The notes beneath the pieces are model-generated. The model saw only the letters and a list, made by a program, of their open reading frames with translations, did not search any database and was not told where the DNA came from. Both the position numbers and the translations under genes were made by a program. Shown piece after piece: positions 1 to 11,599 of a stretch of DNA of 63,784 nucleotides; the stretch's first letter is position 1; each line of letters opens with the position of its first letter. The DNA is from Octopus bimaculoides (lineage: Eukaryota). Where the stretch lies: positions 39,167,384 through 39,231,167 of the forward strand of contig NC_068985.1 of the NCBI RefSeq assembly GCF_001194135.2, written 5' to 3'.

Positions 1-59
1 ATACACGTAATTATATATATATATATATATATATGTATATAATAATAAAAAAAATAATA

Positions 60-312
60 TATAAACATATGCATATATCCATACATATATGTACATACCT
101 ATATCTATATGTATACATACATGCATATATGGGTACAGGACATCACAAAAAAATAAACGTTAAACACAATGAGAAACGAAAACATAAAGACGAAAACAGA
201 AAACGAACTTTTTTCGAACAACGAAAAAAACAGAGAAACGAGACGTGCAACATAAAGAGTATAACCCTTCGTCAGTTGTCCCTGTTCCATTTACTCCGCG
301 TTTCGTGAGTTG
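60..312 (-). mobile_element. Dispersed non-coding repeat family F, copy 1 (probable Penelope-like pseudo-LTR fragment)
   Basis: Minus strand reads GAAACGCGGAGTA-N16-CTGACGAAGGG, then a T-rich tract and GATGTCCTGTACCCATATATGC. The same blocks recur at about 3.3, 10.8, 11.1, 51.1 and 62.7 kb. Confidence 0.6.
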
Positions 313-615
313 GTGCATAATTATTGCGGCTTTTTTTCAAAAGATTTTATTAAACAAAAACAATAACAACATGTAATAAAAACATCTTTAAGTGATTATT
401 CCGGAGCATATTCACCATCTACTTCAATTACTGGGATGGAAAAAGAGAGACAATACAAGAGGCTGTAGGAAGTTCATAACTTTTAATTAATCTTCACTAA
501 CTCAAAGGAAGCAAAGCATTCACTAGGATCAATAGACTTCAGTTTGAAGCGACTAACATTCATACATGATCACTGCTACCACTATCGAATATTTTAGATA
601 TTAAATATGGACTGT

Positions 616-905
616 GGAGGCACATGGCCTAGTAGTTAGAGCAGCGGACTTGCGGTCGAGGGATCGTGGCTTCGAATCTCAGACCGGGCGATGTGTATGT
701 TTATGACCGAAACAGGCGGCTCCGGCAGAAGGTAATGGCGAACTTCTGCCGACTCTTTCACCACAACTTTCTCTCACTCTTTCCTCCTGCATCTAGCAGC
801 TCACCTGTGATGGACCGGTGTCACGTCCAGGTGGGAAACCTATATGACAATGAAACTGAGGAAAACAGCTCTTTGAGCCAAGAATAACTCGAGAAGGAAC
901 AAACA
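616..905 (+). mobile_element. tRNA-derived SINE, family E (single copy in window)
   Basis: Head GGAGGCACATGGCCTAGTAGTTAGAGC (A box-like) and GGCTTCGAATCTC (B box-like), without an acceptor stem. The body contains GATGGACCGGTGTCACGTCCAGG, which resembles a motif common in SINE 3' regions. Confidence 0.7.
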
Positions 906-1609
906 CCAACAAGCATGGACTGGTGCTTGGTATTGGAGATGGTGTTGGTTTTCTTTTTTTTTTTCCTGCTGTTGATGTTCTTCTATTGTGTTACTGCTGA
1001 TGCTGTTGTTTAGACCACCGTCACCACTGACGAGCAAATGTATCATGAAAAGCATTTTTTCATTGGTCATCTCGTATTTTCAAACTGAATTTATCTTATC
1101 TAAAATCTACTATACACTGATTGTTTTATCTGAAAACGATAGGATATGAATTTAGTGAAATTTAGCTGATATTTTTTATAGGTAACTCAAGACGCAGCTG
1201 TCTCCATTGATTCGCTGTTGGAGTCATTATCTTGAATGCTTGGGTAATGGATGTCCAAGTAATAATCACGATATGGAAATATTTTTCAAGAACGAGTAGA
1301 ATATAAACCTCGAATTTCATCTTTCTCGGGCCGATAAAATGAAATACACCTTCAGTACAGGGAATAGTTTCATCAACTCTTCCTAGTATATCAGCGGGTT
1401 CTTAAAGCAAGCGACTACAGCTGCGCCCGTAGAACGAATCTGGTTGGTACCGTGTCTAATTAATTAATCGTTAACGTTATCAACAATAAATACCAAGATG
1501 CAATGAACTGCACCACCGCTGATGTTATGAGACAGAAAGGGACTGAGACAAGCGCACGCTTACTAGAGGAAGAGTTTAAGTTTCGAGTTTTGAATTAGCA
1601 TTGTTTTAA

Positions 1610-1932
1610 CAGTATTTCTAAACTGGGATCCAAAGAAGATATTTTTTTTGTTTTAGTGGTGGGTGGGATCTACAATAGTATTTTAAGGGTACCTGAAAGA
1701 AATTTTGCTTTAGATGTATGTATTGATATTTTATTGCAAGAAACATCTAGGTTTCTTCCTCTAACATTTTTCATTACTCATCCTACACAGGTTAATATGT
1801 GAAAAACGAAATAGGAACTTTGAAAGACTTGTCTATAAAACTAGGTTTTAAACATCGAATGACCATGGGGGTCCACCAGAAAAGAATAATAATCGAATAG
1901 GTCCATAGACAAAAAATGATTGAGAACCCCTG
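1610..1932. mobile_element. hAT-type non-autonomous DNA transposon (MITE), copy 1
   Basis: Ends in TTGAGAACCCCTG (Charlie/hAT-like TIR); the left TIR is degenerate (CAGTATTTCTAAAC). The interior aligns by eye with 55733-56069 (shared CACAATAGTATTTTAAGGG and GCTTTAGATGTATG...TATTGCAAGAAACA). Confidence 0.7.
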
Positions 1933-2349
1933 TTATAACAAGTTAAACGTCGGCGAACGTTTGTTTCATTTGTAAGTAATTTAAATCAGACGCGTAAACT
2001 GTCTATATTGCTTTACGGATAAAAATAAAATAATCCCTGTCTCTAAAACAAAGTTAACTATTAGGAATATTTCTGTTTCCACTTTATGTGCTAGCCTAGC
2101 ATTTGGAGCAATTGTGTGATTAAGCAAATTAGAAATAGTGTCAGAGCGCTATGTGACAGGCCTGCACACACATGCACGTTCTTTCACATTTCCCCCCACT
2201 CTCTCTCTCTCTCCCTGTATAAGTATATGTGTGGGGGAGTGCTTGCGTGCATGTGCGTGTCTCAGTGTGTATGTGTATGTCTGTGTATCAGTTTGTCATT
2301 TTGTATGTGTGTGGGTACAATATGCATGCATACATACACACACAAACAA

Positions 2350-2350
<1 letters not shown>

Positions 2351-2412
<62 letters not shown>
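2351..2412. repeat. (GATA)n microsatellite
   Basis: Perfect TAGA array; similar arrays at about 13733-13777, 16250-16330 and 58447-58497. Confidence 0.95.
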
Positions 2413-2994
2413 TAAGAATCTGGGTTACTCCACCCAAAACCCTAGCAACCCAAATTTGAGATAAAGCTGTCGAGAAGACTTGATACAAAGTAAGGGACCA
2501 TTTAAATAAATGGATTTTGCTTTCTGTCAGAAAAGCAAAGATTTATTACAGCGTTGGATCTTACCGCCATATATAAAAAGAGAACTCTTATGCATCTGCC
2601 GAGAAGATTAATACCAAGTTTATATTTGAATACACATACATATGCACGCACGCACACACACACACACACGCACATGCATGTAGATGTGTGAGTGGGCGTG
2701 TGGGAGGATATAGGTACTTGTATGAACTATAGGGTGCGCATATATGTGTGTGTGTGTACGTGTCTTTGTGTGATTGAGACTGTGAGTTTAAGTGTTCATA
2801 TGAATATTTATAAATAAATATATAAATATGCATAAATACATAGATTTATTAGATATATAAATGTGTCTGAATGTGTGTGCATGGGTGTGCATTAGCGTAA
2901 GGAAAATACGAAAAAGAGAGGGTGCACATTGCATGTTTGTGTGTGCACATATGTCTCTATATATATATGCTCATGCATGCATAATAATAATCAC

Positions 2995-3047
<53 letters not shown>
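2995..3047. repeat. (GTA)n microsatellite
   Basis: Perfect AGT array; it explains the poly-V and poly-T runs in the ORF track. Confidence 0.95.
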
Positions 3048-3054
3048 AAAAATA

Positions 3055-3098
3055 CAGATAAGGAAATAATTTTATTCCCAAACGCAGGATAATGTTTT
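3055..3098 (+). repeat. Solo copy of the terminal part of the 50744-50936 hairpin arm
   Basis: CAGATAAGGAAATAATTTTATTCCCAAACGCAGGATAATG matches 50744-50783 with few mismatches. Confidence 0.8.
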
Positions 3099-3254
3099 TT
3101 GTTTTGTTAAAATTCCAACTTAGTAACTTATAAGTATTTTCGATCACTTTGTTTATGTATATATACGCACATACATACATACATACATATATACATACAT
3201 ACCAACGCAAAATTGCATATAAGTTAACACACGCACACACACGTGTACGTTGTG

Positions 3255-3375
3255 TTTTCTCGTCTACGTTTTGTTTGCAATGTCCTGTACTCAGATATGC
3301 ACCTATACATACAGGTGGATGTCGGTATGCACATACCTGTACGTATATATGCATATACTCATTTACTATTTGTTT
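3255..3375 (+). mobile_element. Repeat family F, copy 2 (3' part)
   Basis: TTTGCAATGTCCTGTACTCAGATATGCACCTATACATACAGGTGGATGTCGGTATGCACATACCTGTACGTATATATGCATATACTCATTTACT is near-identical to 11185-11280 and similar to 51225-51320. Confidence 0.8.
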
Positions 3376-3483
3376 TTACATGACCGAACCCAGCGTCACC
3401 AATCTGTAAGTAGTTTTCGTAACTTCATATTTTCCGACGCTACTCTATCTCTTTCTCTTTCTCTTCCTCCTCAAATTTTCCCC

Positions 3484-3562
3484 CCTCTCGTTCTTCCTCT
3501 GTTTACTACTACGTATCTCTGTTTACCCCTCTCGTTCTTCCTCTGTTACTACTACGTATCTC
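3484..3562. repeat. Short tandem duplication (about 45-bp unit x2) at a gap edge
   Basis: CCCTCTCGTTCTTCCTCTGTT(T)ACTACTACGTATCTC occurs twice before the N-run. Confidence 0.75.
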
Positions 3563-4977
3563 CTNNNNNNNNNNNNNNNNNNNNNNNNNNNNNNNNNNNN
3601 NNNNNNNNNNNNNNNNNNNNNNNNNNNNNNNNNNNNNNNNNNNNNNNNNNNNNNNNNNNNNNNNNNNNNNNNNNNNNNNNNNNNNNNNNNNNNNNNNNNN
3701 NNNNNNNNNNNNNNNNNNNNNNNNNNNNNNNNNNNNNNNNNNNNNNNNNNNNNNNNNNNNNNNNNNNNNNNNNNNNNNNNNNNNNNNNNNNNNNNNNNNN
3801 NNNNNNNNNNNNNNNNNNNNNNNNNNNNNNNNNNNNNNNNNNNNNNNNNNNNNNNNNNNNNNNNNNNNNNNNNNNNNNNNNNNNNNNNNNNNNNNNNNNN
3901 NNNNNNNNNNNNNNNNNNNNNNNNNNNNNNNNNNNNNNNNNNNNNNNNNNNNNNNNNNNNNNNNNNNNNNNNNNNNNNNNNNNNNNNNNNNNNNNNNNNN
4001 NNNNNNNNNNNNNNNNNNNNNNNNNNNNNNNNNNNNNNNNNNNNNNNNNNNNNNNNNNNNNNNNNNNNNNNNNNNNNNNNNNNNNNNNNNNNNNNNNNNN
4101 NNNNNNNNNNNNNNNNNNNNNNNNNNNNNNNNNNNNNNNNNNNNNNNNNNNNNNNNNNNNNNNNNNNNNNNNNNNNNNNNNNNNNNNNNNNNNNNNNNNN
4201 NNNNNNNNNNNNNNNNNNNNNNNNNNNNNNNNNNNNNNNNNNNNNNNNNNNNNNNNNNNNNNNNNNNNNNNNNNNNNNNNNNNNNNNNNNNNNNNNNNNN
4301 NNNNNNNNNNNNNNNNNNNNNNNNNNNNNNNNNNNNNNNNNNNNNNNNNNNNNNNNNNTGTGTGCATGGAGAGAGAGAGAAAGAGATGGCGAGGGAAACA
4401 TATGTGTATATATAGATACATACATACACGCGTGAGTGTGTGGGGTTAGGTAGGGTGGGGAGGCGATCACTAAAATGCCGAAAATGGTAAGACGTTCGCT
4501 TTACAACGATGAAATCCTGGATTCAATCGTACTGCATGGTGTCTAGGATTGGTGCCACTTTCTATACACTGACCTCAACCAATAATTGTGACTGAAACTG
4601 GGTAGAAGCCCTAGGATATGATTGTACCTCTAATTCAAAGCATACATACTTAACATATGCTGTGTCCCACTGATTGTCCTTGATTCAAAAGTTGATCGAA
4701 TAACCGTATTCTCTTTCACAAACGACGGAGATCAGACATACATACATACATACATACATATCTATACACATGCATTCATACATACATACATTCATGTACA
4801 AGTGTGTGCCTGCACGCGCGCGTACGTGTTTGATTGATTTAATTCTCGCTGCTGAGAAACTCGGAATTTTGAACGTAAGTTTTTCATGCTTGTGTCATCT
4901 CACTTTTATTACCCATTTCTAATGATGCGTTTTATATTCCTTTTGTTGTGAAACACATAGCTTGTCAGTATGAATAT

Positions 4978-5022
<45 letters not shown>

Positions 5023-6079
5023 NNNNNNNNNNNNNNNNNNNNNNNNNNNNNNNNNNNNNNNNNNNNNNNNNNNNNNNNNNNNNNNNNNNNNNNNNNNNNN
5101 NNNNNNNNNNNNNNNNNNNNNNNNNNNNNNNNNNNNNNNNNNNNNNNNNNNNNNNNNNNNNNNNNNNNNNNNNNNNNNNNNNNNNNNNNNNNNNNNNNNN
5201 NNNNNNNNNNNNNNNNNNNNNNNNNNNNNNNNNNNNNNNNNNNNNNNNNNNNNNNNNNNNNNNNNNNNNNNNNNNNNNNNNNNNNNNNNNNNNNNNNNNN
5301 NNNNNNNNNNNNNNNNNNNNNNNNNNNNNNNNNNNNNNNNNNNNNNNNNNNNNNNNNNNNNNNNNNNNNNNNNNNNNNNNNNNNNNNNNNNNNNNNNNNN
5401 NNNNNNNNNNNNNNNNNNNNNNNNNNNNNNNNNNNNNNNNNNNNNNNNNNNNNNNNNNNNNNNNNNNNNNNNNNNNNNNNNNNNNNNNNNNNNNNNNNNN
5501 NNNNNNNNNNNNNNNNNNNNNNNNNNNNNNNNNNNNNNNNNNNNNNNNNNNNNNNNNNNNNNNNNNNNNNNNNNNNNNNNNNNNNNNNNNNNNNNNNNNN
5601 NNNNNNNNNNNNNNNNNNNNNNNNNNNNNNNNNNNNNNNNNNNNNNNNNNNNNNNNNNNNNNNNNNNNNNNNNNNNNNNNNNNNNNNNNNNNNNNNNNNN
5701 NNNNNNNNNNNNNNNNNNNNNNNNNNNNNNNNNNNNNNNNNNNNNNNNNNNNNNNNNNNNAGACAGAGAAAAGAAATGGAACAATAAATAACAATGAGAA
5801 GTCGATCATAGGTATTAAAATGTCATAGTTTAATTGTATTTCAGAACCATTTACAGGTGTTTCTGTTTATCAAATCAAAGTAAATTTGCATTTATCTCGT
5901 TCCAGTTAACAAACATCGTCAGAATAATTTCAAGGAATATAAATGGGAGAAAAAGGGAAAGGAAAAGGAAAGGCAAAAGTAAAAGGAAAAAGTTCGTTAA
6001 GTCTTTAGGCGTACATTTTTGTGACTTTTTGGGTTCCACGTTTGTGTATGTTTCTTCGATTAGATGAATGGTGATATAT

Positions 6080-7310
6080 ATATTCATGAATCTAGACGGC
6101 CTCTACTTAAAATGAAAACTGAGATCAAGAAGTTCATCAACACTCCAAACAACCTTTGAGCGATGCATCATATCCCTTCGGCAAAACCTAATATTCACCA
6201 AACGTCTACCTAGAAAAGACTTTTTAGAAAATTTTCTTCTCACTGATGACCAAGTATATATAAGCTCAGAGATGCTGCATAACTTTACATATCGTCAGAG
6301 CGGATGCCTCATACATGCCAGCAAAATGTCATGCACAGTTGTAATCCCAGAAGGCCTTAAAATGACAGCAACAATAACACCCAAATTACTCTATCCTAAA
6401 ATAATAACCGAGATATTAGCACTCAATTTGAAAGATATATTTTTGTAATACAGGAGTAGATATTAACCACAAAAACCCTGATGCACAAAAGGGATAAAAA
6501 AAAAGCAGGTAGACCACCCGGATACGACAACCGCCATATCATAAGTAGCTGCCCAAAAGTCTTCCTACGGCACTATTTACCCTGAGATATGATGACCTTA
6601 ACAGATCTTTATATAACTAAGTCCGCACTGAAAGGATAGTGTTAAGGAGATAAATGAAAGAAGCCACAGTGATGACGAGAGCATAATCACAAATAATTTG
6701 TAAGGTTACTAGTAGACTGTCTCATCAAATCATAGATACATTTCAAGCGTCAAGTGGCAGATACGATGTTCTGAGAAAGCGAGAAGAAAGTATGCAGAAT
6801 AATTGAAACCAGTAATCTATTAAATATTAATATAATATTAGTTTCAAATTTTGGCAATAGCTCAGCAATTTCGAGGGTCGGGGGCTAAGTCGGTTAGATC
6901 GATCCCAGTGCTCAACTGGTACTTATTTTATCGACTCCGAAATGATGAAAGATAAAACTGGCCTCGGCAGGAATTGAACTCAGAACGCATTTTGCCCTGC
7001 ATGCTAACGAGTCTGCCAGCTCGCCGCCACAGATATTAACATAATATGAAAGATGATTGAAAAAGACCACGTCTGGACTGAACAACTAAGTAATCTGCAG
7101 TCACTCTATTCGGACTATAATTTCAAATTCCTACCAATAGTTATTGAAACACTCGAACGTTTGTCTAATTGCTTCAATACCTATCAAGAGAACCGGGATT
7201 CACAAAACCCGAAAGAACACGCCTAATGGGATGATTATATCTTTAAGCTACCAAAGTTACAGTCAAAAAGGCCTAAAAGTACAGCATCATATATGAGATT
7301 CACATACGCA
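6080..7310 (+). mobile_element. Fossil non-LTR retrotransposon, restriction-like endonuclease (RLE) type, 3' region
   Basis: Manual translation gives, in order: DGLYLK..LQTTFERCIISLRQNL; HIISSCPKVFLRHYLP (zinc-knuckle region); Y**TVS (decayed YWW); DTMF*ESEKKVCRIIETS; then after the SINE, DINII*KMIEK...LQSLYSDYNFKFLPIVIETLE. This is the motif order of RLE-type LINE C-termini, with many stops and frameshifts. Confidence 0.75.
6839..7028 (-). mobile_element. SINE family A, inserted into the RLE LINE fossil
   Basis: Reverse complement of GGCGGCGAGCTGGCAGA...GTTCTGAGTTCAATTCC...GTCGATAAAATAAGTACCAG. Flanked by a 17-bp direct repeat with 2 mismatches (6822-6838 and 7031-7047), consistent with a TSD. 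Confidence 0.9.
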
Positions 7311-8369
7311 ATGCCATCAACGTCTGCACTCATGTGCACACATGCACATACATGTGTATATGCATAGAAGTGTACATCCATACATGCTCACATACATTTA
7401 TATACACATACAACATTACTCTATTTTTAAGTATGTCCAAATTCCAGTCAAAGTGCCTGGTTTCTAGACTAAAACGACACTTTCGTCTCGGGAATATGTA
7501 AAATAAACCAAAGATAAACAGAGATAAACACTAATTTGTGAATTTAAGTCGTTTTCTCAACTCTTAGATGTTGATACAGTTTCTCGGCTAAAGAATTCAA
7601 ACGAATACTCTCAAAAAATAATTAAGGAAATAATAATTATTTATTATACGTATTATTCATATATTATTATATTGCAACTATATATGTTACTAATTAGCGG
7701 GAAGGAAATATCAAATGCAGATGTATTCGCCAACTAAATCCTTTCATGTTAGTTTTAATTCACTTTACAGTTGTATTTTCTCTGTATACGTTTAGCATTT
7801 GGGAATTAAGACAGGAATTTCTGTGAAAGATTACAGGCAAATACAGCGACCAACATCTTGCTTCAGAAGGATTTGCCGTCCCAACATGTCCCCCAAATTC
7901 GTTTATATATAAAGCTTTATCTTTTTTAATATCGGAAAAAAAACTATCGCACTCTAGAAAATAAATAAAAAGAAATCCGGAAAACATCCAAGAACAACAG
8001 ACGAGTAACATAGACGTTTCATGATATTCACTCTCGACGACTAAGCAAACAGGTTTCTGTTTCCTGCTGAAGCTATCAGAATTCACGTAAGTTTATACTA
8101 TATTTACAATATGAATTAAAGTCATAACATTTCACGTTTGCATCGAATTATAGAACATTTCTGTATCCTTAAAATAAACTAATATTATTTATAAACCATT
8201 TGTGAACCTGTGAAAGAGCGCAAATTTTATCGAGTAAACTGATAATTAGACAACACATAGGATCGGTGTTTTACTCAATGTAATAGAAAACAAGTGAGAA
8301 ATTATAGAATTTTGCTTTCTTGTTTATCTTGATACATGTGGCTCTATTTCAAAAACTATGAGAAATTTT

Positions 8370-8660
8370 ACTGATAAGCGAACATAGAGATGTACAGTCG
8401 TACCATATCATTACATATTCTGAAAGACAACATTCCATTTCTTTCTAAGTAAATATAGACTGCTTTTATGTTTGACATTTGTAACAGGACATAGAACATG
8501 CCATATATGTTATGATCTGAGGAGACATTACGGCAATTATTAACTTTCAAACCTTTCGAGACATGTAGGGAGAACCACAACCTAATAAATCGCGGCTTTT
8601 GTGGTTCTAGAGCCGGAAGCGGCATATAAACTCAATTTATTATCCTCAAATTGGCATAAC
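8370..8660 (-). mobile_element. Degenerate RTE-like LINE remnant (C-terminal to RT)
   Basis: A minus frame reads TKAAIY*VVVLPTCLERFES..C.LRS..IWH, resembling the RTE motif TK..VYRAVVLPTLLY...F..RCLR.IL.I.W; many stops. Confidence 0.45.
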
Positions 8661-9309
8661 CATCCCTCAAATACTTGCAACAACTGCATCGACTTCTCTA
8701 AAGGCCCCAAAACACCAGGTTGCGATGGTGAACTCTGCGAAAGATTGTGTCGTAGGAACAGCCTGACACCTGATGCTAGTGATAGAAAGTAGAGAAACTC
8801 TTGGTCATTTTACACATACACCGATCTAATGCTAACCCATTTTCTGGAACACATAAAACCATTTTTTGCAACGTATCAATCGTTAATAGAAGTGGTTGGC
8901 TACAGTTATATCGTAATTGATAGTAGTAACACTATCGGTATATCCTGTGAAGAGCATCCAAGGCGAAGACAGTTGTGCATTAGTTCAATCAACTGCATAG
9001 CGTTGGACTGAGTTATAATTGTATCATATCAATTTAGAATTACTTAGAAATGGAATTAGAGTAACAGACGAGCTTACTTTCGATTATCTACAAATTCAAT
9101 GACCTCAAAAAGGTCAATTTACACTGAATATAGAAGAGTACGTATAATAGTCTTAGAATGAATCATACAGTATGTAATTCAATAAATATATTAGGGAATA
9201 TACGTATATAACCATATAGTTATGTATAACTGTGTACATGCATATACATACATACATAAACACACACACACACACACACACGCACGCACACACACATACA
9301 CTCACACAT

Positions 9310-9346
<37 letters not shown>

Positions 9347-9830
9347 CATATACATAGATAGGTACATACACACACGCACACACACACGCACACACACACG
9401 CACACACACACACACACATATATANNNNNNNNNNNNNNNNNNNNNNNNNNNNNNNNNNNNNNNNNNNNNNNNNNNNNNNNNNNNNNNNNNNNNNNNNNNN
9501 NNNNNNNNNNNNNNNNNNNNNNNNNNNNNNNNNNNNNNNNNNNNNNNNNNNNNNNNNNNNNNNNNNNNNNNNNNNNNNNNNNNNNNNNNNNNNNNNNNNN
9601 NNNNNNNNNNNNNNNNNNNNNNNNNNNNNNNNNNNNNNNNNNNNNNNNNNNNNNNNNNNNNNNNNNNNNNNNNNNNNNNNNNNNNNNNNNNNNNNNNNNN
9701 NNNNNNNNNNNNNNNNNNNNNNNNNNNNNNNNNNNNNNNNNNNNNNNNNNNNNNNNNNNNNNNNNNNNNNNNNNNNNNNNNNNNNNNNNNNNNNNNNNNN
9801 NNNNNNNNNNNNNNNNNNNNNNNNNNNNNN

Positions 9831-9865
<35 letters not shown>

Positions 9866-10588
9866 AAATATATATATTTGTCGTTGTATGTATGTGTATA
9901 CATATACATATTTATGTCGCCTGTATGAGCATCGAGTTGTTCGATGACCTGAACAACATACTCATTGAATTAATTTGTGAAGTGGCCTGTTAAATCCTAG
10001 GAAATGTGTACACGAATTTAAAATCAGAAGATATAGAATAAGTAAATATGTAACTGTGATAGCTGAGTGCGATTGAATCAAATGAAACTATTGTGAGCAT
10101 GCATTGTTGTTGTATATCATTAAAACAAACTGATGATTGCGTCCATTAGTGAGTCCGATACCGTAAGATGTTGAATTTACATATAGGAGCCGTTCGTATA
10201 TATGCAGACGGGTTTTCATATGCATACGAGCGTGCCAAGACACACAAGAAAATACTAAACGCACTGGACAGACGAGAACATTGTGGTTATATATATCTGC
10301 ACAGAAATGCCTAAGAAAAGAGACAAATTTTCATTGTTGTACATGTGTATTAATTTCGAAGCCGTATGCGTGTGAATGTATAATTAATAACGTCACTAGT
10401 TTCAAGGAATTATGAGTTACAAACGGGCCAGAGCAATGTTAAGCGAGAAACAAATTAAAAAGGAAGTTGGGTTAAGACAATAGAATAGTAATACAGTGTC
10501 TCTCAGTCTTGTGTGTATTTGGATTGAAGCATGTGGTGATGCCATCTGTTACCGAGGGAGAGACTCTCCGAAGTCTATATGCGGATTG

Positions 10589-10661
<73 letters not shown>

Positions 10662-10699
10662 TATATACATATATTTATATATATATAAACAATATATGA

Positions 10700-10895
10700 G
10701 TATATGCATATATATGTACATGCATGTACATACCTTCATCTACATGTACATATAGATACATTACTGGGTACATGACGTGGCAAAAGGACATGGACAAAAT
10801 GATAAACAAGGTACAACAAAGAAGCAAGCCACATAGAAACATCTCCTTCATCAGCTGCCACCATTAAAACACCGGCGTTTCGAAGAAATAAGGCA
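10700..10895 (-). mobile_element. Repeat family F, copy 3 (inverted relative to copy 4)
   Basis: Minus strand TTCTTCGAAACGCCGGTGTTTTAATGGTGGCAGCTGATGAAGGAGATGTTTCTATGTGG, followed by a decayed GTACCCAG block. Confidence 0.7.
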
Positions 10896-11056
10896 GTACG
10901 CGTTCGTTGAAATGGTTCTTCCCACGAACACAAATTACATTATTTTCGTGGAGGGTAGTGGTGGACGGAAAACAAGACAGGAAAACGAAACGGCCTATAT
11001 ACATATATATAAATTTATACCTATATATATATATACATACATATACATACATATAC

Positions 11057-11090
<34 letters not shown>

Positions 11091-11094
11091 TGCC

Positions 11095-11285
11095 CGAAGC
11101 TCGTCGAAACGCCGGTGTTAAAACGTGGGTAGCTGATGAAGTAGAATGTTCTCTATGTGGTTCGTGTGTTCTCGTCTACGTTTGTTTGCAATGTCCTGTA
11201 CCCAGATATGCACCTATACATACAGGTGGATGTCGGTATGCACATACCTGTACGTATATATGCATATACTCATTTACTTTTGTTT
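11095..11285 (+). mobile_element. Repeat family F, copy 4
   Basis: TCGAAACGCCGGTGTTAAAACGTGGGTAGCTGATGAAGTAGAATGTTCTCTATGTGG...CAATGTCCTGTACCCAGATATGCACC. Confidence 0.8.
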
Positions 11286-11599
11286 ATATATATATATATA
11301 TATATATAATTAAGATATAAACTCAATTTAAGCAATCATACTCATAGTTATAATTTCGACTTAAAATGCGTATACATATATTAATAATACATATCGACAC
11401 ATATGAATATTTTTTAATGTATTTAGAGAATATAAATATATTAAAACATTTTATCCTTATATTGGAAGTAATATATATATATAAATATACATAAATATAC
11501 ATGTAAATAAAACCCATGTGGGATACGTATGGAAGGGAGTGTGAGAAGAAAAATGTGATTTTATGAGGCTACCTTTCGTGATGAATGCGACATTGCCCG

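Noticed and set aside
616-690. tRNA-Arg-like sequence
   Set aside because: A- and B-box-like motifs are present, but the acceptor stem cannot pair and the sequence continues into a SINE body.
2565-2595. 31-nt minus-strand segment with acceptor and GTAAGA donor (CIRVLFLYMA)
   Set aside because: No recognisable peptide and no partner exon; such pairs are expected by chance in 60 kb.
3250-5809. Long ORFs of 270-400 aa in the ORF track, and similar ones at other gaps
   Set aside because: They consist of X from N-gaps plus microsatellite translations; there is no coding evidence.
7760-8086. 108-aa minus ORF and a plus-strand GTAAGT donor at 8087
   Set aside because: No family similarity recognised; all plus frames before the donor contain stops.
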